From: Candidatus Falkowbacteria bacterium RIFOXYA2_FULL_47_19
GTDB taxonomy: Bacteria > Patescibacteriota > Patescibacteriia > Patescibacteriales > UBA12075
Length of the DNA: 64,000 nucleotides
Direction: 5' to 3'
Assembly (NCBI GenBank): GCA_001780275.1
Contig: MFGB01000007.1
Coordinates: 66,280-130,279, forward strand
Shown here: positions 44,551 to 53,132 of the stretch, in pieces
How positions within the stretch are numbered: the first letter of the stretch is position 1
Layout: every line of letters starts with the position of its first letter
Notes under the pieces: generated by a model
What the model saw: only the letters and a program-made list of their open reading frames with translations
Databases searched by the model: none
Told to the model about the DNA's origin: nothing
Made by a program: the position numbers and the translations under genes

Positions 44551-45699
44551 ATGAAAAAAATCAAAAATCACTTGGTCTTACTCTTATTTCTCCTGACCCT
44601 GCCGACTGCCACTGTCCTGGCTAGCGACACCAGCAATGACACTACTACGGTTGGACAAGGACAGGAACAAGTGATGATCGACAACGGCCAGCAATACATG
44701 ATCTTTGACGGTGGCAAACCCATCCGCCAATTCACCGGCGTTTATCCGGAAGCGGAGATGCCCAATTCCGCTCCCCTTCCCTACGAACAGTACAAATGGG
44801 GAGCAATGGAAAAATCGGTAAAAATATTTCCCCACGAGCTACTCTACGGGAAAGAAGAGGCGCTGGAAAAAGCCGGTGGGGTTGATAAGATCAAAGAAAC
44901 CGGCCGATTTTTCCTGCCGCCCAACACCGATCCGGTGGTTCTCCTGAATGAAGCTCCGGGGCGACTAGGTGACTTTGAAATCTATACCGTTGAGTTGGAC
45001 GCGCCGAATGGAGGCATGTCAGAGGAAACCCTCCTGATCCTACTCTCTTACGGCAAGCATCGTTCTGGTTCCCGCCGGGCTTACGCCGAACTTATGCCAC
45101 TGAATAATCCGAAAGCGTCCGGAGTAGCCTTGCCGGCCGGAGCGAGCCAAGCCTTCGTGAACGGCAGTCAGGCGACTGCCCTGGCCGTCACTCCCGTCCT
45201 GGGATGGTCCCGGACCGTCGTTGAAATGCCTTACCGCGTTAAGGTCACTTTCTATAACGACGGGTACGTGCCCGTCCCGCCCGAGGTTTTCGGACGACGG
45301 GCGATCAAGCGCCTGACGCCCCGGGAACTCGGGGCGATCTATTTCGATTTCGACAAGTATTATCTCAGGCCGGACCAGGAAGAGACGGTTGTTCTCTGGG
45401 AAAAGGTTATTTATTCCCACTGGAACGACGTACCGATTTTTATTATCATAGGAGAATGCGACGAGCGCGGCTCCCTTGAATACAACGACCCCTTGGGTGC
45501 CAAGCGCGCAATAACGGTCAAAAACCGCATAATCGATGATTTAGCGGCGGCCGGATTCAACCGAGCGGAACTTAAGGAGAGGATCCTCTCTCCCTCCGAG
45601 GGTAAGAGGAATCTGCGTTTCACCGAGCACCAGAAAAACCGCACCGCCATGCTCTATTTCGCACGGAAAGCGTTTGTGGAAAAGGAGGTAAGTAAATGA
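44551..45699 (+). CDS. Secreted protein with C-terminal OmpA-like peptidoglycan-binding domain
   Basis: The signal peptide is ..LLLFLLTLPTATVLASD. The C-terminal motif is IYFDFDKYYLRPDQEE..IIIGECDERGSLEYNDPLGAKRAITVKNRI (OmpA_C pattern). Confidence 0.75.
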   Translation: MKKIKNHLVLLLFLLTLPTATVLASDTSNDTTTVGQGQEQVMIDNGQQYMIFDGGKPIRQFTGVYPEAEMPNSAPLPYEQYKWGAMEKSVKIFPHELLYGKEEALEKAGGVDKIKETGRFFLPPNTDPVVLLNEAPGRLGDFEIYTVELDAPNGGMSEETLLILLSYGKHRSGSRRAYAELMPLNNPKASGVALPAGASQAFVNGSQATALAVTPVLGWSRTVVEMPYRVKVTFYNDGYVPVPPEVFGRRAIKRLTPRELGAIYFDFDKYYLRPDQEETVVLWEKVIYSHWNDVPIFIIIGECDERGSLEYNDPLGAKRAITVKNRIIDDLAAAGFNRAELKERILSPSEGKRNLRFTEHQKNRTAMLYFARKAFVEKEVSK

Positions 45700-46157
45700 A
45701 GAAAATCCCCTGGATTGTTCTCGGCCTGGCTATTATAACCCTGGTTCTCGGTGCCTGCGCCGGAACTAAGCACTACAACACCGACACGTCGATGGTCGCC
45801 GCGCCGCAAAACCTGCGCGGCCAGATGTATTTCTACAGCCCCGACACTAAACAGCCGGTCCCGGTTTCGGAGACCGTTCTGATCACTTCCCTGCGCCCGG
45901 TACCGCCGGAAAATCCGGAACCGGAGTCAACGCTGAAACCGTCCACCAAAACCTGGCTTGACCAGGAAGCGGAGAAACACAAATCCGGCAAAGAGGCGAT
46001 CAACGAAATTGTCGCCTATACGCCGGACGGTGCCGCTCCGGACCGCAAGCACCGCGCTTTCGCTATCCAGGCGTACCTGGGGAAGAAGGGTATTAGCGTG
46101 CCCATCCACCCTGAACGCCGACATGGCGCTGATCTGGAGGGCGTGAGTCTAAGATAG
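45696..46157 (+). CDS. Lipoprotein (153 aa)
   Basis: An ATGA overlap links it to the upstream gene. The lipobox is LVLGAC within MKKIPWIVLGLAIITLVLGACAG. Confidence 0.7.
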   Translation: MKKIPWIVLGLAIITLVLGACAGTKHYNTDTSMVAAPQNLRGQMYFYSPDTKQPVPVSETVLITSLRPVPPENPEPESTLKPSTKTWLDQEAEKHKSGKEAINEIVAYTPDGAAPDRKHRAFAIQAYLGKKGISVPIHPERRHGADLEGVSLR

Positions 46158-46189
46158 CTCGCGCCCAATCGCACAAAACAATTTCACAC

Positions 46190-46220
46190 CCCCTGACAAA
46201 GTCAGGGGTTTTTATTTTTT
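46190..46220 (+). terminator. Rho-independent terminator of the envelope operon
   Basis: Stem cccctgac / gtcagggg, followed by TTTTTATTTTTT. Confidence 0.8.
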
Positions 46221-46321
46221 AACACCCTCTCCCGCGCCGCCCATAGGCGAGGGAGGGGGCTGGGGTGAGGGCAATTTCTACCAACAAAAAAAATCAGGGG
46301 TTTTTATTTGCGGCAAAAACA

Positions 46322-46350
46322 GTAGAGACGCCCCATCGGGGCGCCTCTAC
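46322..46350. repeat. 29-nt palindromic element, copy 4 (one arm mismatch)
   Basis: GTAGAGACGCCCCATCGGGGCGCCTCTAC. Confidence 0.75.
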
Positions 46351-46374
46351 CGGCAATTTTATATAAACATATTT

Positions 46375-49300
46375 TTACCTCGGCACTTCTCTTTCTTCTG
46401 TTTTACCGCCCGGCACCTCCCTGATCCTTCCCCTTCCCGACGCCTCCATTCTTCTTCGTTCGGATGGAGATAATTTCCGTACCTGTTCGTCCGACGGCAC
46501 CTCCCTGATCCGGCTTTCATTACCCGGGACTTCCCTGATCTGCGGCTTATCGGAAGGCACTTCTCTTATTCCTCCCTCCGCTGACGGCACCTCGCGAGTA
46601 GAACCGTCGGAAGACAATTCCATGTCGGGATGGTCTATGTTCCAGAAACTTTCGACCTTCGCCCTGGCCGTGGCGATATTATCGGGGCTCATATCCATGA
46701 CCGGCCTGATTTTAGTGAACAATCCGCCCTTGGTTCCCCAATTAAGCTTAGATGGCCCGTCCACGCCGATCTTGTCCTCGGTCATAAGGATATTGAATCC
46801 TCCCCTGCCGAAAACGTCGCGGACGATGATCGTGTTGTCCGCGCGCGTCTCCCAGCTGGGCGCATGATCCATTCTTAAAAGCTCTTTGAGGCCTTGGCCC
46901 GTCATCTCCCGATTACCAGCGAAAATTTTCATATAGCCCAGGGCGGAATCGTAATTTCCTTTGATCGCGTTAGGCATGCTGTCGTAAGCGTCTATAAAAA
47001 ATTCCTGGCGGTAATCTATACCCGATGATAAACTTAGTTCCCGGATCAATTTTATTTCCTCCGGATAATAATTCTTGTGCTTCATCCAGAATTCAAGGAG
47101 TTCGCGGTCTGCCGGAGAAAATCCGTCCTGATCGTGAATATCGATGCCGGTCTTTCGCGCGTCCTCAAGGCTTAATCCGTAGCTCTTGGAAAATTCATTG
47201 AATTTATTGAGTTCCTGGTCGATCTTCGCCGCCGTTTCGATATCCCCCTTGATCGCGCTGATCTCCTTTTCCGCTTCGATGATCTTCCGCTCTTTTAGAT
47301 ATTCGTAAGATTGCGTTTTGCCGGTTTCCTGGGATATGAATTCACCTTTTTCGTTTTTAAGATATTCATGGATACCCATCTCTCCGTTAGCGTCCTTTTC
47401 CAGGACGTAAGCGGCCCGGCCTATGCCCTTGGTTCCGATCCGGGTCTCGGTTTCGTCCGCGCCGACATAATCATTATCGCGCGCTATCTCGAAAGCCCGG
47501 CGATCCGCCCATTTTTCTATTCCCGCCCGGTCCTCGATATCGCCTTCATATCCGAAACCGCGGAGCTGTTCCTCGTTGGGTAAAAATCCCGGGTCCTTGA
47601 TATTTCCGCCGGTTAACTGGCGCTTAAGCACGTGGGTAACACCGTCGCCTTTGCGGACGGTCGCGAGTTCGAACTGCGCTTTTCGGGAGTTTTCCCCGGT
47701 GATCAGACCCCGGTATTCGTCCCCTTCCGGAACCGTTCCCGGCAGAGGGGTTTCCGATGAATTGACGGGCGGCTCAACGGGTCCTTCGGGCGGAGAGACC
47801 GGCGGTTCATCGGGAGCAATATCCGCCTGAGAAGCGCCCGAATCCGGTATCGCGCCCATTTTGCCTAACTCATCCGGCACTGTTTCGATCCCGCCGGCAG
47901 GCGGAACGATCGGAGGTTCTCCGCCGCCGCTCGCTTGCCTCCCGACATATTCTTTAACTTTTTCCAATCCTTCTCCTATTTTACCGGCTATCGGCCCGGT
48001 TTTTCGGCCGACATAGTCGCTTATCTGGTCGCCCCAGAAATGCCTGACCAACCAACCGGCTCCGGCGAATCCGGCAGCCATGCCGGCTCCCCAGGCCATG
48101 CGCTTGCGTATTACCTTCTTGCGGCCTTGTTCCGTCTTTGAGTCGCGTTCCGAAATCGCCCTATCGAACCTTTCCGCCCATTTATCGCCGAGCTTATAAC
48201 CGTTTAAAGCGATTTCGCCTTGCGCCAAAGAGCGTACGAGGTCATGCTGGCCGGTTACCCGTTTTTCCCAGGTGCCGAAATCGATCAATCCTTTGGATGT
48301 TTTATCATCTATCCAGTCGATGTTCAACCGCAGGGATTTCTTGTAAATTCCTCGTTTTTTGTCGTCAAGATTCTCGTCTTTGAGTTTTTCCAGTAAAGTT
48401 TCGGTTTTATGCCTGATCTTTTCCGCTTCCGAAAATTTTATGCCCAGACCGGCTTCCTCCAATTTGGTCTTTTCGGCGGTCAACTGTTCATGTTTTCTTC
48501 TCTCTTCATCGCTCAAATTTTCCTTAAAAGTGAATTTTTTAGCTTCGCCGCCGCCCAGATGTCCGTCATCCCACATCTTTGAATTTAGAATATTTATTTC
48601 CCGGGTAATTACCGCGTATCTTTTCTCTTCTTCGCTTCTCTCTCCGCGTCTGCCCAGCCCGTCGCCGGTTTTAAATTCCTTTTTGGCGCGCGCTCTGGCC
48701 ATAAAGGCGCCCATGCCCGCCGCGGCCGGCACGACTACCGCCAATCCGGCCAAACTGGCTCCGGCAGCGGCCCGGGTGGCGTAACCCGAGGCCATATAGA
48801 TCCCTCTTTCCGTAGCGACATTTTTCATTACTTTTAAAAATCCCCATTTATTGCTCTGCGTCCTCAATAATTTAGCTTCTATGCGCTTGTCGTTGCCGAA
48901 GAACCGGTTCATCTGCACCTTCCGGTCGATATCGTTCTTATAGAGCATGCCGACACCCTCGTTATAACCCAATTCCTCCTTTTTAAAACGCAAAACGTTC
49001 TCCAGCGCGCTTTCATATTTTTTTTGCGCCCTGTGATACATGTTCTTCTGGATCAGGGTTGCGTCTGGCAGACTGTATTCATAGGGCACTTCCCCTATTC
49101 GCTCGGCCGCCTCGTTAAGCTTACTATAAGCCTCGCTCTCTTTAGTGTTAGGCGTTTCCGGCGCGGACACGTATCTTACCTTAAGTTCGTCGGCGTTCCT
49201 GAACCGGCTTTTTTTGATTATATCGACATCGGGACCGTAATTATGCAAACCGGCTACCAGTTGCTTAAGTATCGCCCCGTGCGCCTCAAGTCCGCCCCCG

Positions 49301-51255
49301 ATTATCTCCTTGGCGCTCTTTTTCTCGAGTTTGGCGATCTGGTAATGACGGCTGAATCCCTGCCAGGCTTTACTTAACCATTTAAGCCCCTTGACCTGAC
49401 CCAGAACCTGACCTCCTTCTTTCGCGTTTTTCCTGTATTTTAAGGCCGCTTCATCCTGTATCCGTCCCAGGGTAAGCTGTTTAAGGTTCTCTATGACCAG
49501 AAGCTGCTGCCCTTCGGTCAATTTATTCAAACCAACCTCTTTTAAGGCTTTGGCGTCTTCCGGGCTGATTCCCAATATTTTCAAACGCTTGAATACGTGG
49601 TCCGAGATCCCTGAGTCCTTTTCCTTTTTCTCGTTTTTTTCCTCGGTCTTTTTCCGCTCCCCTCTTTTTCCGCCCGGAACTTCCTTTTCTTCGTCTAGCT
49701 TATCCGCGCTTAATATATCCCTTAGAACGGCTTCATCCTTTTCTATTATTTTTTCCCATTTTTCAAGATTTACGATCTCTTGCCCTATCTCTTCGGCCCA
49801 ATTTTTCTCGTCTCCCGGATATTCGGCCGATTTTTCTTCTTTTTCCATCGCCTTTTCCAATTTTTCCAACCAGGCGATCTCGCGCCCGATCTCCTCGCGC
49901 CACCCTTCTTTGGCCTCCGGTCCCCTGTTTTCGGATTCGGTCCCCGTTTTCGTTTCGCCATCCCCGCCTGCTCCCTTTAATATCGCGTTCTCCCTAGCCA
50001 GATCGTCGTGCGCGCTCAAAACCGTTTCCAGCTCTTCCTCCGCTTTTTTCGCATCGCCGTCCTCGGGCCCGCTTACGTATTTCCACCGCTCCTTCGGAGA
50101 TTCTTCGTAAAACTGTCTTCGCGCCTCCTCTTGAGCCAGCTTTGCCGTATCAATTTTATCCATTTCGACCTCCTCGCTCTTGGCTATACCCTCGATGATC
50201 TCCTCGGTTTTCTCCGGGGTGAGGTCCGCGTCCTCTTCGGGGATCGCGCCTTTTTCCTGATCCGATTTCCGCCAGATATCCCTAAACGCGTCCATTTCTT
50301 CCCGGGTCAAAACCGGACCATTGCCGATTCCAGGCTTGCCGCTGACCGCCGCGCCCGCTTCCTTGTCCTGAGAGCTTAATTTTTCCAATTCCTCGTAAAG
50401 CCTGCTTTTTAAAACATGGTTTTCGCTTTTATCCTCGTTCATTTCCTGAAGCAGTTTTTCCAGGATCATCTTCCGGCCTTCGCCCCGATAATTTTCGAGC
50501 ATCCGTTCATATTCTTCATAAACGCCCTCTTCGCCCTTCGCCCCCGATTCGTCCGCGATTTCCTCGTTTTGAAGCTTTACGATTTCCTGCCACACGATCT
50601 CCCGCCGCCTCTTATACTTCTCCTTAGAATCGGATCTCAAATATTTTTCATCTTTAGCGATTATTACTCCCGCCCTCTCTACGGCTTTCCGGAAATTTTC
50701 CTTTGACACCAATCCATCGGGAATGTTCTCCGCTTTTTCTCCCGTCCCCGCCTCCGCCGTTTCCTGCGGTTTATCGGCCGATTCGGGCTCGGCTGATTTT
50801 TCTATTTCGGGTTCTTCCGTCAAAACGTCTGGTCTTTTTTCCTCTGCCGTCGCCCCCTTTATACGCAAGAGATCGTTGTCCGCTTTTATCCGTTCATAAA
50901 GCTCGCGGAGCTTCTCGAATAAAGCTTTTTGCATTTCCTGATCGTCCGAAGATTCTTCGATCGCTTTCGCCAATCCGTCTATTTGCGCCGCAAAGGGCGA
51001 CATCTCGTCCGGTATATCGCCGTTTACTTTGATCTCGAGCATGCCGACCGTTTCCCGTATTTCATCGGCTTTTTTGGTATAATCGATTTTTTCTTCTGCC
51101 GCTTGCCCGGTGCCGTTTTCCGGGTCACTCTGGCCCTTTATGACGTCATTCCTGACCTGGGCCATAAAACCGGAAAAATCCGTGCCGTCCCCTTTTATCT
51201 TTTTAGGTTTTTTCGGCTTATCCTTTTTTTCAAAATCTTTTCTTCTTTCGCTCAT
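46375..51255 (-). CDS. Giant hypothetical protein (1626 aa): E/K-rich coiled-coil N-terminus, two Gly/Ala-rich hydrophobic spans, C-terminal globular region and REVP repeats
   Basis: This is a single uninterrupted ORF. The first ~540 aa are highly charged. The candidate TM spans are AAAGASLAGLAVVVPAAAGMGAFMA and MAWGAGMAAGFAGAGWLV. No family was recognised. Confidence 0.8.
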   Translation of the reverse strand: MSERRKDFEKKDKPKKPKKIKGDGTDFSGFMAQVRNDVIKGQSDPENGTGQAAEEKIDYTKKADEIRETVGMLEIKVNGDIPDEMSPFAAQIDGLAKAIEESSDDQEMQKALFEKLRELYERIKADNDLLRIKGATAEEKRPDVLTEEPEIEKSAEPESADKPQETAEAGTGEKAENIPDGLVSKENFRKAVERAGVIIAKDEKYLRSDSKEKYKRRREIVWQEIVKLQNEEIADESGAKGEEGVYEEYERMLENYRGEGRKMILEKLLQEMNEDKSENHVLKSRLYEELEKLSSQDKEAGAAVSGKPGIGNGPVLTREEMDAFRDIWRKSDQEKGAIPEEDADLTPEKTEEIIEGIAKSEEVEMDKIDTAKLAQEEARRQFYEESPKERWKYVSGPEDGDAKKAEEELETVLSAHDDLARENAILKGAGGDGETKTGTESENRGPEAKEGWREEIGREIAWLEKLEKAMEKEEKSAEYPGDEKNWAEEIGQEIVNLEKWEKIIEKDEAVLRDILSADKLDEEKEVPGGKRGERKKTEEKNEKKEKDSGISDHVFKRLKILGISPEDAKALKEVGLNKLTEGQQLLVIENLKQLTLGRIQDEAALKYRKNAKEGGQVLGQVKGLKWLSKAWQGFSRHYQIAKLEKKSAKEIIGGGLEAHGAILKQLVAGLHNYGPDVDIIKKSRFRNADELKVRYVSAPETPNTKESEAYSKLNEAAERIGEVPYEYSLPDATLIQKNMYHRAQKKYESALENVLRFKKEELGYNEGVGMLYKNDIDRKVQMNRFFGNDKRIEAKLLRTQSNKWGFLKVMKNVATERGIYMASGYATRAAAGASLAGLAVVVPAAAGMGAFMARARAKKEFKTGDGLGRRGERSEEEKRYAVITREINILNSKMWDDGHLGGGEAKKFTFKENLSDEERRKHEQLTAEKTKLEEAGLGIKFSEAEKIRHKTETLLEKLKDENLDDKKRGIYKKSLRLNIDWIDDKTSKGLIDFGTWEKRVTGQHDLVRSLAQGEIALNGYKLGDKWAERFDRAISERDSKTEQGRKKVIRKRMAWGAGMAAGFAGAGWLVRHFWGDQISDYVGRKTGPIAGKIGEGLEKVKEYVGRQASGGGEPPIVPPAGGIETVPDELGKMGAIPDSGASQADIAPDEPPVSPPEGPVEPPVNSSETPLPGTVPEGDEYRGLITGENSRKAQFELATVRKGDGVTHVLKRQLTGGNIKDPGFLPNEEQLRGFGYEGDIEDRAGIEKWADRRAFEIARDNDYVGADETETRIGTKGIGRAAYVLEKDANGEMGIHEYLKNEKGEFISQETGKTQSYEYLKERKIIEAEKEISAIKGDIETAAKIDQELNKFNEFSKSYGLSLEDARKTGIDIHDQDGFSPADRELLEFWMKHKNYYPEEIKLIRELSLSSGIDYRQEFFIDAYDSMPNAIKGNYDSALGYMKIFAGNREMTGQGLKELLRMDHAPSWETRADNTIIVRDVFGRGGFNILMTEDKIGVDGPSKLNWGTKGGLFTKIRPVMDMSPDNIATARAKVESFWNIDHPDMELSSDGSTREVPSAEGGIREVPSDKPQIREVPGNESRIREVPSDEQVRKLSPSERRRMEASGRGRIREVPGGKTEEREVPR

Positions 51256-51302
51256 ATATTTTTGCTAATATTAAATTAAATAAATAATTTATTAAATTAT
51301 AC

Positions 51303-51331
51303 TTGACAATTTTTAATAATTGTGATATATT
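51303..51331 (+). promoter_or_regulatory. Consensus sigma70-like promoter of 51433..51921
   Basis: TTGACA (51303-08), a 17-nt spacer, then TATATT (51326-31). Confidence 0.55.
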
Positions 51332-51432
51332 ATTATAATTACCTAATCTGACTCCACGATCTTTAAAACCGAAGGTGCGAAAAATTTACATAAAAAATAC
51401 CCCCAAAACCCACAAAATGAAAGGAAGCCGCA

Positions 51433-51921
51433 ATGTACGAAAGCAAATCAAAGTACGAAACAATCCGGACGGACATCGTCCGGGTAAAAGTCCCGAAAGC
51501 CCCCCAACCCGGCGTTTTTGGTCCAGTCGCATGGATCGACCCCATGGTTATGGTGGTCGAGGGCAAAACCATCCATGTCGACGGCCACCTCCGCAACTAC
51601 TACGTCGCTCAGGCCGCTTATGACGGCAACATGGGCGGATTAAAAAGGGAACGGATCGACGCCCACCTCAACTTCTATGTCAGTGCCGATATGTGCGGTA
51701 AGTGGATCGTCGCTCGAGCGGAACTGGTCCGCAAAATCACCGAAGGCCATGATCGCCACAACATGGTAATTAACTACTGGCCCATCGAAGCCGAAGCTAC
51801 CCAGGAACACAAGTTCCCGGAAAAAAAGCCGAAAGAGGGCGATACTGTCCTCATGCAAATCCCGGGTACTGAACGACTCGTCGTCCTCCGCCCAATCCCA
51901 CCCCGCCCCGAGCAACCGTAA
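51433..51921 (+). CDS. Hypothetical protein (162 aa)
   Basis: The RBS is GAAAGGAAG. It has its own promoter and terminator. No family was recognised. Confidence 0.7.
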   Translation: MYESKSKYETIRTDIVRVKVPKAPQPGVFGPVAWIDPMVMVVEGKTIHVDGHLRNYYVAQAAYDGNMGGLKRERIDAHLNFYVSADMCGKWIVARAELVRKITEGHDRHNMVINYWPIEAEATQEHKFPEKKPKEGDTVLMQIPGTERLVVLRPIPPRPEQP

Positions 51922-51942
51922 CGCGCACCTTCCCGCCAATCG

Positions 51943-51990
51943 ACGCCCGAGAAGCAAGCGACAACGCTTCCTCGGGCGTTTTTCTTTTTT
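51943..51990 (+). terminator. Rho-independent terminator
   Basis: Stem acgcccgagaag / cttcctcgggcgt, followed by TTTTTCTTTTTTT. Confidence 0.8.
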
Positions 51991-52014
51991 TGCCCTAAAA
52001 ACCGGCCGCACTGA

Positions 52015-52058
52015 ATTCGTGATTCGTGTAAATTCGTTATAAATTCGTGGCCATTCGT
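52015..52058. repeat. Five direct ATTCGT(G) boxes spaced 7, 10, 11 and 10 nt
   Basis: The attcgt boxes are at 52015, 52022, 52032, 52043 and 52053. Confidence 0.8.
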
Positions 52059-52285
52059 GTTTTAAAAAAAGAACAGCTTAAAACCGCCGTCTCACAATAA
52101 AAATATCTTTTAAATTGTCATTAAAAAACTCAAGCATGGTATTTTTGATATCAGATATAATTCGTAATAATATCCAATATCTAGTATCGCGAGGCCGTAG
52201 CCGAGCATAATATCAGCGAGCAACAGCGAGCGAATATCGCGACTAAAAAGCAATCACCAGAAAAATATCAAAAATCTTTAAAACC

Positions 52286-52936
52286 TTAATTCACAACATC
52301 TAATTCATCTATCACGACGATCTTTTTCGCTTCCAGGATACTATACAGGAATACGTCCGTAATATCGCGCCGGTATCTGAACTCCTTCGTGTCCATGATC
52401 GTATAATTTATCTCCCGGCCCAGTTCGCCTTCCATTTCCTTGATGACTTTGAGCAAACCCGGCCTGTGAAGACGCCCGACGATAAAGAGATCGACCGGCA
52501 CTCCGGGCAAATTCACGAAAAAACCGGTCAATATAAGAAGTTTAAGATAACCGGTCTTTTGCAGTTTTTCTATAAAATCTTTTTCATAGAGAATCTGCGC
52601 TTTCATTATCAAGGCTTTAATTTCTTCAAATAGCACGAAATCCGCGTTGACCCGGAAATACTTCTTGTCCGTTTTAGACGGCTCATCGGTTTTACGGCCG
52701 GTTTTTTTATTGTTTTGAGAAGCTTCGCCGTTATCCTCGTCCTTAATCTCTCCTTCCGCGACGGCAGAGGTCAACAAACCGAATTTTTCCAGATTTTCGA
52801 GTTCCCGGCGCACCGAATTCGGCTGTAATTTAAGATCACGGGCCATTTCCCGGATATAATACTTCTTACCGGGATTAAGGAGGAATAATTTGAGTATTTT
52901 TACCCTGGCTTTTGAACCAAATAGTTTTCCTAACAT
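52286..52936 (-). CDS. Winged-helix (ArsR-like) transcriptional regulator with extra C-terminal domain
   Basis: The N-terminus is SKARVKILKLFLLNPGKKYYIREMARDLKLQPNSVRRELENLEKFGLL. The C-terminal half is of unknown function. Confidence 0.6.
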   Translation of the reverse strand: MLGKLFGSKARVKILKLFLLNPGKKYYIREMARDLKLQPNSVRRELENLEKFGLLTSAVAEGEIKDEDNGEASQNNKKTGRKTDEPSKTDKKYFRVNADFVLFEEIKALIMKAQILYEKDFIEKLQKTGYLKLLILTGFFVNLPGVPVDLFIVGRLHRPGLLKVIKEMEGELGREINYTIMDTKEFRYRRDITDVFLYSILEAKKIVVIDELDVVN

Positions 52937-53132
52937 ATGCCTGTGTTTATCAGTAAAACGTTTCTAAAAAAATTTTCTTATATTAGGTAATTATCATACC
53001 CCCGGGAATGCTGAATCCAGATTTTAATATATTGGTGTTTTACTTAATGGATATTTATAGTATAATATTATATATAATAAAAGTCAAAAATTTTTATCTG
53101 ATTTTAATGTACAAAAATAAGATCAAAGCGCG

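Noticed and set aside
43817-46157. High-GC horizontally acquired island hypothesis for the envelope operon (long antisense ORF 43817..44335)
   Set aside because: Hand counts of single 60-nt lines gave ~57% GC here. Housekeeping genes (dus, ftsI) gave 53-58%, so there is no clear compositional contrast. A proper sliding-window GC and codon-usage analysis would be needed.
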